Origin: a virus
Lineage: Duplodnaviria; Caudoviricetes
DNA: 64,000 nt
Strand: one strand, 5' to 3'
IMG/VR virus record: IMGVR_UViG_3300031993_000006
Span: 195,975-259,974 of that record
This document shows, one piece after another, positions 17,995 to 28,009 of the stretch; position 1 is the stretch's first letter; every line of letters starts with the position of its first letter. The notes beneath the pieces were generated by a model. It did no database searches. It was not told where the DNA came from and saw nothing but the letters and a program-made list of their open reading frames with translations. Made by a program: the position numbers and the translations under genes.

Positions 17995-18586
17995 TCAAAG
18001 AAATCGTCCGCGTGACAGCGGAAAGACTACTGAACTTAGTGATGACCTTTTGAAGCGCGCTAAGGAGATGTGGGGCGAAGTGTCCAACAACTGTGTCGTC
18101 GAGCAGATTGAGGGCGACGCGTGGAACTACCGTCTGAAGTGGCGCGATATGGAAGTTGCTCTCCTCACGCAGATGGAGAACGATGTCGCCGTCACATTTA
18201 AGGTCGATATCAATCCGGCCACATTGCGACTGAACGACGCTATCATCCAGCTTTCCGAAGACCGCGGCAAGGAAAAATTTGGGAAGTTCTGTGGCGAGGT
18301 TTCCTTTAGTGAAAGTACGTTACGGCTCTGGCCTTCGGTCAAGCGCGACGAGGGCGGAAATTACATTTGTGGTGATGGCAAGGGCGAGTATGCCCGAGTG
18401 CTGTGTACTATGAGCGAAATCAAGTACACCATCATTACCCAGTATACGCCCGGCACGAAGGATGGAAGATGGCAATATGTCGATTCAAGAAGGTTCAGCG
18501 AGTACACCCACACGATTCTGAACCTGTTCAAGAAGAACGAGGACAACAGGGAGAAGCGAAGCCTGGATGCCTTGATGGAACTATAG
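17984..18586 (+). CDS. Hypothetical protein
   Basis: Operon ORF. Confidence 0.7.
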   Translation: MTDNQRNRPRDSGKTTELSDDLLKRAKEMWGEVSNNCVVEQIEGDAWNYRLKWRDMEVALLTQMENDVAVTFKVDINPATLRLNDAIIQLSEDRGKEKFGKFCGEVSFSESTLRLWPSVKRDEGGNYICGDGKGEYARVLCTMSEIKYTIITQYTPGTKDGRWQYVDSRRFSEYTHTILNLFKKNEDNREKRSLDALMEL

Positions 18587-18799
18587 ACTGGGCCGAAAGG
18601 CAGATATCCGAAACCGAGAAGGAACTGGAGGAACGCTCCACTCCTTTGCGACTGAGGGATAAGCGGGTGGCATCTGATGATGGATACCCGGATTATCTCA
18701 CTGTGGCCGAAGAGCTTACCCGCTCGGTAAGGGTAGCTGCATCGAAGGAGAAACTTAACTTACTCAAGTCGTTCAAGAATGACATGAAGGAAATATCAG

Positions 18800-19078
18800 A
18801 TGGCAACAGTAGATGTGGAAACCTATGTAAAACAGATAAAAGGCCGACCGTTCATCAGTGTCGCGACCGAACTCGTACGAGACGGCTTTTCCGAACGGAA
18901 GAATGTCCGCCTGCATGGGACGACGATGAGGAATAGGGCCAGGTATACCCGAGGGACGTATGGTGCGTCGACTAATATCGACATCGAATACGACTGGGTT
19001 GACAAGATGAAGACCGGGGTTTGCACTCCGGGTAAAGTCCTGAAGGCGACAATCGTAAGGGAGAAGAATAAAGGATGA
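18800..19078 (+). CDS. Hypothetical protein
   Basis: AAGGA RBS, ATGA overlap with next gene. Confidence 0.6.
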   Translation: MATVDVETYVKQIKGRPFISVATELVRDGFSERKNVRLHGTTMRNRARYTRGTYGASTNIDIEYDWVDKMKTGVCTPGKVLKATIVREKNKG

Positions 19079-19395
19079 CAATCACAGAAGCATTCAATGA
19101 ACTCTTCGCGGCATGCGAAGATAATAAGGCAAAGGCCAATGTGGCTAACTTGTTCGGGTCTGTAGGGGTGCATTACCCGGAATCCGAGGATGGTCCAGAC
19201 TTTACATTTGTCCAGTCTGAGTTCAAGGTACTCGTCGGTATGGCCTTGGTGAACAACAAGACCGTCAAGGTTAGCGAGGAGGCGGCAACCGCGTTCAAGA
19301 CCGGTTACCACCTGATGCTCTCCGGGAAACCCGCGGAAGGCATCAGTGATGCCGCTATGGACAAGGACATTGACGACAACCTGGATATGCTCTAG
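19075..19395 (+). CDS. Hypothetical protein
   Basis: Operon ORF. Confidence 0.65.
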   Translation: MTITEAFNELFAACEDNKAKANVANLFGSVGVHYPESEDGPDFTFVQSEFKVLVGMALVNNKTVKVSEEAATAFKTGYHLMLSGKPAEGISDAAMDKDIDDNLDML

Positions 19396-19453
19396 ACCGT
19401 CAGGTAATCAGAAAATTGCTATATTTGTAATACAACCAAAAAGAGGTACAATA

Positions 19454-19744
19454 ATGACTAATACTCAAATTAAAATCGTTGCAGTAAGCGCAGTGAGCGT
19501 TGCTGCTGTCACCGGTATCGTGTTCGGCATCCGCAAGGTAGCCAAGAAGATTGGCGAAACGCTCAGTGAATTGGCTAGCAGCGCCGAAATCAACGCTGAA
19601 CCGAATGAACAGAACAACGAAGTGCTCGCTGAAGCATCCGCTGAAAATGTTTGCGGTTGCCACTGTGAAACACCGTCTGACGCTATGAGACCCCGCGACG
19701 CAGTTGAAACCTGCGGTGATTCCGCCGAAGGCTGCTCCGCATAA
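19454..19744 (+). CDS. Hypothetical membrane-anchored protein
   Basis: GAGGT RBS, N-terminal hydrophobic helix. Confidence 0.65.
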   Translation: MTNTQIKIVAVSAVSVAAVTGIVFGIRKVAKKIGETLSELASSAEINAEPNEQNNEVLAEASAENVCGCHCETPSDAMRPRDAVETCGDSAEGCSA

Positions 19745-19824
19745 TAGAGCTTCTATTGGGACAGAATATAAGGGGAGGGCGGAAGCTCTCCCCCTATAAA
19801 CTTTTTACACTTACGGAGGATTTC

Positions 19825-20535
19825 ATGGCTGCTACTGTCATTTATTCTGATATGGGCGATGTGGATTGCGCAAGCATCCCGCTTCTTTGGGAAGGTATTC
19901 CCGATATCAAGCTTTACCGTCTTACCCGGGAAAAGTCGTATTTTAAGGAAGAGCTGAAGAAGGCTATCGAGGATGAGGACGATACGCTCATCATTTGCGG
20001 TCATGGTACTCCGGATGGGCTGCTTGGGTATCTGAATACGAAGGATTCTGGCAGTAGCCGCTTTTGGCTCGATGATGATTCCCGCGATGCCGATTATGAG
20101 CGACTCCGTAAGGCTGGCGGTGACCGTGCCGGTGTGCTTGGACCGTCTGCTAGGAGGAATCGCCCTGCCGAGCAACCTACTGTCCGTACGATGTTGGATA
20201 CGGCAGTAGACCGCGATATGGCTAAGTTGTTCCACGCAAACCGAGTGATTTGTGTATGGTGCCACGCATCCGATTATGCGGAAGCGACGGGTCTTTACGG
20301 GTTCTGGTCGTCTATGTTCATCTCGAATGTCGGCGAAGCGCACTGGTGCAACATCAATGATGTGGACCAGGAAACCATCGTATCCGAGACCTACAAGTTC
20401 TGGCGGGATGCCAACAAGTTGCTCCGTGAGAATGTCCCTCTCGACCAGTGGATTGAGAAGCTTGTTGAAGTCGGGAATATGCAGTACGCTACCACCCGGT
20501 TCAACTATGGTGGACTCCGGTACTACGCTAAATAG
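19825..20535 (+). CDS. Hypothetical phage protein
   Basis: GGAGG RBS; CGHG, VWCHA, MFIS motifs. Confidence 0.75.
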   Translation: MAATVIYSDMGDVDCASIPLLWEGIPDIKLYRLTREKSYFKEELKKAIEDEDDTLIICGHGTPDGLLGYLNTKDSGSSRFWLDDDSRDADYERLRKAGGDRAGVLGPSARRNRPAEQPTVRTMLDTAVDRDMAKLFHANRVICVWCHASDYAEATGLYGFWSSMFISNVGEAHWCNINDVDQETIVSETYKFWRDANKLLRENVPLDQWIEKLVEVGNMQYATTRFNYGGLRYYAK

Positions 20536-20632
20536 AGTTTTGTAAAATTAAACTTACAATTAATCCTACTTGATGCTCATCGGTGGGATTTTTGCTATAT
20601 TTGTAATATCGATACAACACAAGGAGTTCATT

Positions 20633-21268
20633 ATGTACAAAAATACCTTTCACATCATTGGCCGCAAGTGGGTTACCCGTGAACAGATTGAATTGGTTCT
20701 CAAGGAGTTTCCGGCAGATTCATATAGCGTCTATGTAGTGTTTGCGGACAAGTCTGCCAAGGCGTTGTCCCACTGTACCGGTAGCGAAACGAATATCGAC
20801 AGTATCTATATCGGCTATAGGGATGGCTCGCTTTCAATTGACCGGGAACCGTACAGATTTATTGTCACTCGTCCGTTCGACGCCGGTTTCTTCCTTACTC
20901 TTGGAATCAAGGACTACTTCATCAAGCGCAGCAAGGATAAGGAACTGTACCCGCAGACACGCAACGAGGACCCTGACTTTGAAGAAAGGATTCGCTGTGA
21001 GGTGATGACCAAGTTCCTTGGATATGTTCACATGAACGGGGTTGACCCGCAGGGCGTAAAGTCCAAGGTCGTCCGTATTCCGGTGAACTGCTTCGACCCG
21101 GAAGGCAGAAGCAACCTGCTCAGGTTCCTGGCCAACCTTGACAATGACGGAATCCAGACCTTTATTGATGTCCATTTCGACCACGCTACGGTTGACCAGC
21201 TCCAGCGTCTCGATACGATGATGGAGTTCGGTGACATTGCCGATGTTCTCAAGATGGCCGGCGAATAG
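20633..21268 (+). CDS. Hypothetical protein
   Basis: AAGGAG RBS after GCTATATTTG motif. Confidence 0.75.
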   Translation: MYKNTFHIIGRKWVTREQIELVLKEFPADSYSVYVVFADKSAKALSHCTGSETNIDSIYIGYRDGSLSIDREPYRFIVTRPFDAGFFLTLGIKDYFIKRSKDKELYPQTRNEDPDFEERIRCEVMTKFLGYVHMNGVDPQGVKSKVVRIPVNCFDPEGRSNLLRFLANLDNDGIQTFIDVHFDHATVDQLQRLDTMMEFGDIADVLKMAGE

Positions 21269-21392
21269 AAAAATTAAAATATTTTTTGAGTACCACGGTC
21301 TCATCCGGATAACCCCGGATGAGATTTTTTGTACCCGGGGATATAAACTACCTGCAATCATGATTAGTAACTCACCAACAGGAGTTTTCCAT

Positions 21393-22433
21393 ATGGATAA
21401 GAATTTTGAAACATATCTCGCTATGCTCGAAAGCGCCGCCCCGGCATCCAAGAAGGCTGATTTCCATGCAGCCCGGGAGCTTTATGCCAAGCGCGCTCGT
21501 CTTGAAAGCGACAGCATTGGCCTCAGCAATGCCGCATCTTGGGGTAAGTCTGATACGGCTACCTTCGGCGGTTCGCATCTAGGTGTCCCGGGAGCAAAGC
21601 GTGACCCTGAACAGGTGAAGGCCGACAATGCTCGTGCTGAAAAGCTTCTTGGCGCCGACCGCGGCTTTGATTCTGCCGCCGATACGGTCATCAGCGTGGC
21701 TCAGCAGGACCCGGGTAAGGTAGACGCATGGGTTGATTACCGTTTGAAGCCGGCTATCCAGCGCGCCCGTGAAACTGGCAACATCGCTACTACGCCGGAA
21801 GAGTTCACGCAGGCTTCCAAGGAAACCTATAACGAATGGGCTGAAAAATATAAGACTGAAGACCGCGAAAAGAGAGAAACCGAAGAGCGTCTCCGTAAGG
21901 AAACTATCGCCAAGGCTGACGATATTGCAAGGCAGAAGGCTAACGGTGAACGCATTGCCGCTGATGTCAAGGCTGGTAAGAAGCTTAACAAGGCCGACCA
22001 GGCCATTTGGGATACGCAGCGCGCCGAAGAGAAGAAAGCTGGTGAGGAAAAGAATAGGCTCGGCGGCATCGCTGACCGTCTCAACTTCCCGGGCGTCGAG
22101 GATGGTAGCCCGATGTCCGAAAAGGAATTTGCTGGTGTTCAGGCCGAAAAGGCCCGTCTTGGCGGTATTGCCGACAATACCAAGGATGAAGGCTACGAGG
22201 CCGGCAATCCGATTTCCGAGGATGAATTTGCCGCTAATAAGGCTGCTGAAAAGGCCGAGCAGGACAAGTATGCTAACCTCGCCGATACATTCGATTTCGA
22301 TATGTTTGAAAGCGTTGCTACCCACAAGCTCCGTGCCGCTTTCGAAAGCGTCTATGGCTCTTCTCGTGGCATGAGCGATGCCGAGATTCGCACCATCTGC
22401 GAATCCTGCTACCGCCGCTCCAAACAGCGCTAA
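21393..22433 (+). CDS. Hypothetical charged protein with internal repeat and (L/F)ES motifs; possible internal virion protein
   Basis: AGGAG RBS; RLGGIAD repeat x2; LES/FES motifs near both termini. Confidence 0.7.
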   Translation: MDKNFETYLAMLESAAPASKKADFHAARELYAKRARLESDSIGLSNAASWGKSDTATFGGSHLGVPGAKRDPEQVKADNARAEKLLGADRGFDSAADTVISVAQQDPGKVDAWVDYRLKPAIQRARETGNIATTPEEFTQASKETYNEWAEKYKTEDREKRETEERLRKETIAKADDIARQKANGERIAADVKAGKKLNKADQAIWDTQRAEEKKAGEEKNRLGGIADRLNFPGVEDGSPMSEKEFAGVQAEKARLGGIADNTKDEGYEAGNPISEDEFAANKAAEKAEQDKYANLADTFDFDMFESVATHKLRAAFESVYGSSRGMSDAEIRTICESCYRRSKQR

Positions 22434-22457
22434 TCGGGAAAACAAAAAAAAATAAAT

Positions 22458-22484
22458 AAAGCCCCGGGGATTCCCGGGGCTTTT
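22458..22484. terminator. Bidirectional intrinsic terminator
   Basis: AAAGCCCCGGG-GATT-CCCGGGGCTTTT between convergent gene blocks. Confidence 0.85.
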
Positions 22485-22500
22485 CAATTATAAAAAATAT

Positions 22501-22956
22501 TTAAATGTTGCCGTTGACTGTAAGCGTGGATGCAGCGTCGTAAGAAATCTTGGATTCCGGTTCGCACTGAGCTTCCGTAACCTGCTGTTCGTTGATATCC
22601 TTGACCTGCTGTTCTACATGGAGTACGCCGTCCAGAGTTCCTTCGGGGTACTGCGTGAGCGTGTTGAACCATCTTTCAAGGGAATTTCCGCGTTCCCCTT
22701 CGGTAGCCCTTACGCTGGCGACAAGTTCATCGAATGCCTTTGCTGTTGCCGAGTCAATATGGATGGGTTTTCCGTGCATGTCGATGTGGCTGTATGCATA
22801 ACGGTCCATCAGGCCATAGAAGTCGTTTTCTATAGCTTCCAACTGGTTAGTTACTTCCGGCGCAAGCTTACCATCGGACTTGCCGTTTTCGTCGATATGG
22901 GCTGCAAGCGCGTTGATGAACTTTGATATCTTGTGGAGTGATTTGGTCTTGAACAT
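22501..22956 (-). CDS. Hypothetical protein
   Basis: AAGGA RBS. Confidence 0.65.
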   Translation of the reverse strand: MFKTKSLHKISKFINALAAHIDENGKSDGKLAPEVTNQLEAIENDFYGLMDRYAYSHIDMHGKPIHIDSATAKAFDELVASVRATEGERGNSLERWFNTLTQYPEGTLDGVLHVEQQVKDINEQQVTEAQCEPESKISYDAASTLTVNGNI

Positions 22957-22979
22957 TGGCTTATCCTTGAAATTGAAAA

Positions 22980-23753
22980 TTAAAGTACGCTTTGGTCGAT
23001 GCACCAGTCCCTGTCGAGGTTGAGCTGGGTCTTCATCTTGGCGAGCGCATTGCGGTGGATGCGGGCGAGGATATCCTTGCTACGCCCGGTATGTCTTGCA
23101 AAGGAGCTGACAGACCAGCAATGGTTGGTTGGAAGTCCTTTGTCGTCCGGCTCGAGTTCAAAGAAGCACTTGTCGACGATTTCCTTTTCGTCGCTCGTAA
23201 GGGCGCTAAGGAGTCGGGTAGTGATATCCACATACTGGGACTGTGTAGCATCTTCGATGATTGTGCTTGCGGTGTCTCCCTGAAGCACATCGAACATGGA
23301 GGTCTTGCCATCGCCGCCTTTGAGCGGGGCATGGCCGGATTCGACCTTACCAAATTCATCGCGACGGTTTTCCTTGACATAGTTTTCCGGGACATGCACG
23401 AGGGTATCCTCGTACTTCTCCTTGTTCATTTCGGACCTAGCCCTACCCTGGAGGAATGTCCAAAAGCGGTTGTTCGTGCTAAGGTCAAAGTCGTTAATTA
23501 CGTTGTCCATAACGGTAAGGGCGCGGGCGACAAGTTCAGCCGCGTTGCCCTTGAATACCTGATAGCTGTTTCCGCTTGCAAACTTGATGAGTGCCGGGAG
23601 CTGCTTTTCGAAAAGCGTGTTGCGAGCGCTGATGTCCCCGTTCTTTGCACGACGGATAAATTCTCTTTCAATCTCGGCGTTGGGGATTAGTTTGGATGCC
23701 CTGTCGTAGGCTATCCGTACTTCGTCCTTAAAGGTGTCGGTTGCCTTTTCCAT
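22980..23753 (-). CDS. Sigma-70 family RNA polymerase sigma factor (divergent)
   Basis: EREFIRRAKNGDISARNTLF (region 1.2/2.1), FDLSTNNRFWTF (2.3), LVHVP, LSALTSDEKEIV and RIHRNALAKMK (region 4). Confidence 0.85.
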   Translation of the reverse strand: MEKATDTFKDEVRIAYDRASKLIPNAEIEREFIRRAKNGDISARNTLFEKQLPALIKFASGNSYQVFKGNAAELVARALTVMDNVINDFDLSTNNRFWTFLQGRARSEMNKEKYEDTLVHVPENYVKENRRDEFGKVESGHAPLKGGDGKTSMFDVLQGDTASTIIEDATQSQYVDITTRLLSALTSDEKEIVDKCFFELEPDDKGLPTNHCWSVSSFARHTGRSKDILARIHRNALAKMKTQLNLDRDWCIDQSVL

Positions 23754-23899
23754 GATAGTTCCTGTCTCCTTCGGTGGCGGTCTTTATCCGCCGGTTGTAT
23801 CGTTTGTTTGTACAAACAAATAATGCCTGTACAGTTTTAAATATAGATAAAATGTAATCCTTTTGGTAATGTTTTTGTAATTTAGATGTAAAAAGATAT

Positions 23900-24508
23900 T
23901 TACTGTTTCTTGCGTTCGTCAAAGACGCTCGGGTACTCCTTTCGCATTGACTTTACCCCTTCCGAGGATATCACGATGCTGTCGAGGAGGTGAATACCCA
24001 ACGATGAGGCATTTTTGTAAAGCTTGCGCGCACTGTCGATATCCTGCTTGCTGAAGTCGAGGGTTCCGGATGGGTGGTTGTGTGCGATGATGATGCTCGT
24101 GGCACCGTCGGCAAGGGTCTTGGCAAGGAGGTCGCGCTTTGACACGCTGACGCACTCCGCGGTGCCGATACCGCACTCATGGCGGTTGATTAGGGTGCGG
24201 TCCTTGGTGAGTGTGAGAAGTACATAGTGTTCCACACGGCAGTCCTTGAGGTCGCACAGGTATGCGCCGACAAGGGACGGGTCGTTAATAATGATTGGGT
24301 TGCGGTTCAGGAGATACTGGAAGGAGAGTTGCGCACATGCGTAAATCTTCTCCGCCACGGAATGGGGTATTGCGAGCGCCTTTTCGATAGCGTCAACGGC
24401 GGGTACGCGCTGTTGCTTGGCGAGGTATGCGATGGCGCATTCTGCCGTGACACGGCGTCCCAATACCTTAGAGAGTAGGTCGATTGCGGTTTGGTTGTTC
24501 TTGTTCAT
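23900..24508 (-). CDS. radC: RadC-like JAB/MPN domain protein
   Basis: EHYVLL, IIIAHNHPSG..S..D, LLDSIVI. Confidence 0.92.
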   Translation of the reverse strand: MNKNNQTAIDLLSKVLGRRVTAECAIAYLAKQQRVPAVDAIEKALAIPHSVAEKIYACAQLSFQYLLNRNPIIINDPSLVGAYLCDLKDCRVEHYVLLTLTKDRTLINRHECGIGTAECVSVSKRDLLAKTLADGATSIIIAHNHPSGTLDFSKQDIDSARKLYKNASSLGIHLLDSIVISSEGVKSMRKEYPSVFDERKKQ

Positions 24509-24518
24509 AAGGGTTCTC

Positions 24519-25790
24519 CTAGTATTTCCAGTTCTTTTGTGCGAACTCGCGCATTGCGATAAGGTCAGCCTGTGTCAGCATGCACCCGTGTAGCCTCTTC
24601 GGAATGTCCGTATCGGGCCCGACATAGAGCATATCACCGTGGCCACAGAGCGATTCCGCGCCCGGGCAGTCGATGATGACCTGTGAATCCACCCGGGAGG
24701 CTACTTTGAGGGCTATTCGGGTGGACAGGTTGGCCTTTAGTGCACCTCTGATAACATCCGTCGATGGTCGCTGTGTTGCGAGAATGAGGTGTATTCCCGT
24801 GCTACGGGCCTTTGCGGCCAGCAAGGAAATCGGGTCTTCGAGCTTGGGGTAGTTCATGAGCAGGTCATAGAACTCGTCGATGACCAATACTTTCAGCGCC
24901 CCGCGGTCATTGGGACCGCAGTCCTTGTGGATGTTGCATTCGCCGTCGAGGTGCGCGATGGTGCGGTGGTGGTGGAAGTTGTCGAAGTGGTTTGCCTTGA
25001 AGAACGCGAGCCTGTTGTTCATGAGGTTCACGAAGTAGTCAAGTGTATCGCCAGCTTCCTCCGATGAGCGGATTGTTCCGTCGCATTTCCCGTCTGCTCG
25101 TTCGATGCCGATGTGCGGAGTTCCCTCGAAGTAGTTGAATTCCGTACCCTTCGGGTCGATGATGCACACATCGCAGTTGCCGTAGAAAGCGTTCCCGATA
25201 AGCCCCGCGATTAGGGAGTTGAGGAATACGGACTTTCCGCTACCGCTCTGGCCCGCCACGAGGATGTGCGGTGCTTTGGCAATGTCGATGCAGAACGGGC
25301 GCCCTGCTGTGTCTACGCCGAGGTTCACGAGTTCCGTGGCTATCGACGAAATGTCGGGTGTGTTTCCGCTAAGGTAATCATCGAGTCCGAGGTTGTATGC
25401 CCTTGCGGTCTTTTTGTAGACCGAATCGAAATCGATTGGGATGACTGTCTCGGGAGGGACGATTACGCGGTTCTTGTTCGGGATTTCGATGGAGAGTGCT
25501 ACCTTTCCCTGCCATTCGGTTTCACCGATAAGCACCCTGGAAGCCCCGATTCCGAGACGGATGCCGAGGTCACGCTTGAGCTTCTCAACTGCGGCAATGC
25601 GCTGTGTATCGTCAAGAAGCTCAAAGACATACTTGGAGACCACCGGGCCGCATTCCATGCCGATGACTTTCATTTTCACATTATTGACCGTGAAAAAGTT
25701 CTCGATGCGCTTCGCGGTTTCCTGCGAATCGGTCGGGGTAGCAAAAGACATCGGCTTAAAAGTGAAAAAATTTCTGTTGTACATGCTCAT
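24519..25790 (-). CDS. ftsK: FtsK/SpoIIIE-family ATPase without TM or gamma domain
   Basis: GPVVSKY, IEIPN, PHILVAGQSGSGKS, IDPKG, VIDEFYDL, ARSTGIHLILATQRPS, GAESLCGHGDML. Confidence 0.92.
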   Translation of the reverse strand: MSMYNRNFFTFKPMSFATPTDSQETAKRIENFFTVNNVKMKVIGMECGPVVSKYVFELLDDTQRIAAVEKLKRDLGIRLGIGASRVLIGETEWQGKVALSIEIPNKNRVIVPPETVIPIDFDSVYKKTARAYNLGLDDYLSGNTPDISSIATELVNLGVDTAGRPFCIDIAKAPHILVAGQSGSGKSVFLNSLIAGLIGNAFYGNCDVCIIDPKGTEFNYFEGTPHIGIERADGKCDGTIRSSEEAGDTLDYFVNLMNNRLAFFKANHFDNFHHHRTIAHLDGECNIHKDCGPNDRGALKVLVIDEFYDLLMNYPKLEDPISLLAAKARSTGIHLILATQRPSTDVIRGALKANLSTRIALKVASRVDSQVIIDCPGAESLCGHGDMLYVGPDTDIPKRLHGCMLTQADLIAMREFAQKNWKY

Positions 25791-25812
25791 CGTATTACCT
25801 GAAAGTTAAAAA

Positions 25813-26457
25813 TTAAAGTCCGTCCCACTGGTCCGATTCGGTGTCGAAGTCGTTTCGGATATCCCCGGGTTGTGCGCTGAATCCGAACCAGTAGTCAATC
25901 TGTCTCCTGTACCGGGGTCCACCGCATTTGTCCACGAGGGTCGGCTCTGTGACGAACAGGAGGTCTATCAGGGAGCCGTTTCGGAAGTAGGGGGTGGCAT
26001 CCTCGTAAGGTCGGAAGTCCTTGGCAGCGACAACCTGCATCCTCCCGTTCTCTACCACGGTGGCGATGATGTCGGGACAGTATGGCACGAGGTCCGTAGT
26101 CAGCTGCGAGCCTCCCCCGGGAACCGCTATGTCGTACCCGCATATCATCCCCTCGCACTTGCCGCCGTATCGCTGTATGTCGATTGAGTGGATGTGCCTG
26201 ACCGTGATGGCGGGACAGTAGTATGCGTTGGCCCGACGGTCGTACTTCGCGGGAAATACGAGGTCCCCAAGGTACGAGCATGTGGGGCTACCCGAGGCGT
26301 CCCTGTAGAGCCTCGCGTTGGTCGCGTTGAGGTACCACGCGGTACCTTTGCGGGGGACGATGCCGAATGTGAACTTGGGTGGCAGCCCCTTTACATTTCC
26401 TGCGCTCGCTATGGCCATTCCGGTCCATAGGGCTATTAGTGTATTCCTGATGCTCAT
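25813..26457 (-). CDS. Hypothetical secreted protein
   Basis: Signal-peptide-like N-terminus, Cys-containing. Confidence 0.65.
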   Translation of the reverse strand: MSIRNTLIALWTGMAIASAGNVKGLPPKFTFGIVPRKGTAWYLNATNARLYRDASGSPTCSYLGDLVFPAKYDRRANAYYCPAITVRHIHSIDIQRYGGKCEGMICGYDIAVPGGGSQLTTDLVPYCPDIIATVVENGRMQVVAAKDFRPYEDATPYFRNGSLIDLLFVTEPTLVDKCGGPRYRRQIDYWFGFSAQPGDIRNDFDTESDQWDGL

Positions 26458-26861
26458 TAAGCCCTCCTAGCCCCGAAAGCGGCCAAAAGAAGGGTATGCG
26501 CGTCTTGCCCGAACGGGCCTGAATACTTCTTGAGTCCATGTCTGAAGAAATGGATGGCGCCTTCGATTCCTCCCTTGATGGTCTTGGAGAATAGCGCCCT
26601 CGTGTGTATCGGGGTGCCTTCTTTCGAGCGTCCGTCGATTGAAATGAGGGGGTCTTGGTAGATTCCGTCCGTGCGCAATACATTGAAGCTACCGCGGATG
26701 GTTACCGTGGAGTCTGCGGGGATTCCGTGTTCGGCTAGGAATGTCGTGCGTTCTTCGTCGCTATCGAAGGATAGTCTGCTGACTAGCATAAGGGCGTCCT
26801 GTGTATTTGCGCTCGGGCATCGTGGGATGCAGCTTTCAATTTTGTCAAACTTCATATACAC
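26457..26861 (-). CDS. Hypothetical protein
   Basis: GAGGT RBS after repeat element. Confidence 0.65.
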   Translation of the reverse strand: MYMKFDKIESCIPRCPSANTQDALMLVSRLSFDSDEERTTFLAEHGIPADSTVTIRGSFNVLRTDGIYQDPLISIDGRSKEGTPIHTRALFSKTIKGGIEGAIHFFRHGLKKYSGPFGQDAHTLLLAAFGARRA

Positions 26862-27006
26862 CTCATTTCGTTGATGGATTCAATATGTCCCTAGAGTGTC
26901 CCCCCGTGGCTCCCCATGGGAAAACCCGATGAGTTACCTGGGCTGCTGACGGGCGGAAACAGAAACGGAGGCCGGGTGGCCTCCGTCTAGATTCGGTATA
27001 GCTTTG

Positions 27007-27516
27007 TTATTCGATACCGATTTCGGGGCCGATAACAAAGTGTCCGTTAGGGAGTTCCTTGGCGTACATGTAGTGCCGGTACACATATTCGAGCGTTGGC
27101 GGCTCATATTCGCCGGTTTCGCTATTGAAGAGGTCGTCATCATGTTCTACGGCGGCGAGGAGTTCCGCTTCGGTATCGTATTCGTAGAACGAACTGTCAA
27201 GCGAGACGGCCATTGCATAAGCATCGCGCATATCTTCATCGTCAGGACGGGTGCTGATGATGTAGTCTGCCGCTTCCGGGGTGAAGCCGTGGGTATCGAT
27301 AAGGAGTTGCGTGACGATAATGTGGGAGAGTACCCTAGCGGCGAACCTGCGGGCTTCCGGGGAGACCTTCATGTAGTCCGGGATGTAGCGGATGGGCATA
27401 TCCTTGAACTGTATTGCCGGTTCTTCGCGGTCTTCGTGCTTTTCTGGGATAGGGATTCGGCGGATTGTAGCTACTCTCGATTCGGGTACATATACCTTGA
27501 GTTCTTGTTCAGCCAT
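27007..27516 (-). CDS. Hypothetical protein
   Basis: GGAGG RBS before MAEQELK. Confidence 0.7.
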   Translation of the reverse strand: MAEQELKVYVPESRVATIRRIPIPEKHEDREEPAIQFKDMPIRYIPDYMKVSPEARRFAARVLSHIIVTQLLIDTHGFTPEAADYIISTRPDDEDMRDAYAMAVSLDSSFYEYDTEAELLAAVEHDDDLFNSETGEYEPPTLEYVYRHYMYAKELPNGHFVIGPEIGIE

Positions 27517-27517
27517 C

Positions 27518-28006
27518 TTATGCCTCCAGTTCGGCGCCAAGTTCCTTGGCGACCTGTTCGAGTGTTTTGTTTTCGCGTTTGGCCTCGCGGGTAGCCATCG
27601 CGGTGAATTTTTTGTTGAGGATGCTGACCACTTTGTTGCAGTCTGCTTCGGACACAAAGTACGAGTCCACGAACTTCCTCGCGGGGAACCCGTCGTCCAT
27701 GCTACCGTCGTCCTCTTGGTACACCCACGGGAGAAATCCGGCGGGCGGAACGCTGTCCTTGATAAGCTTGGTGACTTCGGGTTGCCTGATGCTGGAGCAG
27801 TTAAGTTTGTCTGCAATCCATTCATTAGACAAATATTCCCCGTCAGGATTTGTAATCGCGAAAATCTTGTTGGAGAGTACGGAATTGTCTATTGTGTAGG
27901 GCTTGATACTTTTACCGTAACCCATAACTTCAAGTTTCGTCTTTCCCTTGAAAGGGGTTTGTCCGCGGGCAATGCTTTTGGCGTGGAAGAAAATTAATTT
28001 TGCCAT
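27518..28006 (-). CDS. Hypothetical protein
   Basis: GAGGT RBS. Confidence 0.7.
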   Translation of the reverse strand: MAKLIFFHAKSIARGQTPFKGKTKLEVMGYGKSIKPYTIDNSVLSNKIFAITNPDGEYLSNEWIADKLNCSSIRQPEVTKLIKDSVPPAGFLPWVYQEDDGSMDDGFPARKFVDSYFVSEADCNKVVSILNKKFTAMATREAKRENKTLEQVAKELGAELEA

Positions 28007-28009
28007 TGG

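Noticed and set aside
18403-18936. 177-aa ORF overlapping two genes
   Set aside because: Only the middle part (~18572-18800) may be coding and the boundaries cannot be supported.
24519-25790. FtsK reading the oriented repeats as KOPS-like motifs
   Set aside because: The protein ends right after the motor domain with no gamma domain, and the motif differs from GGGNAGGG.
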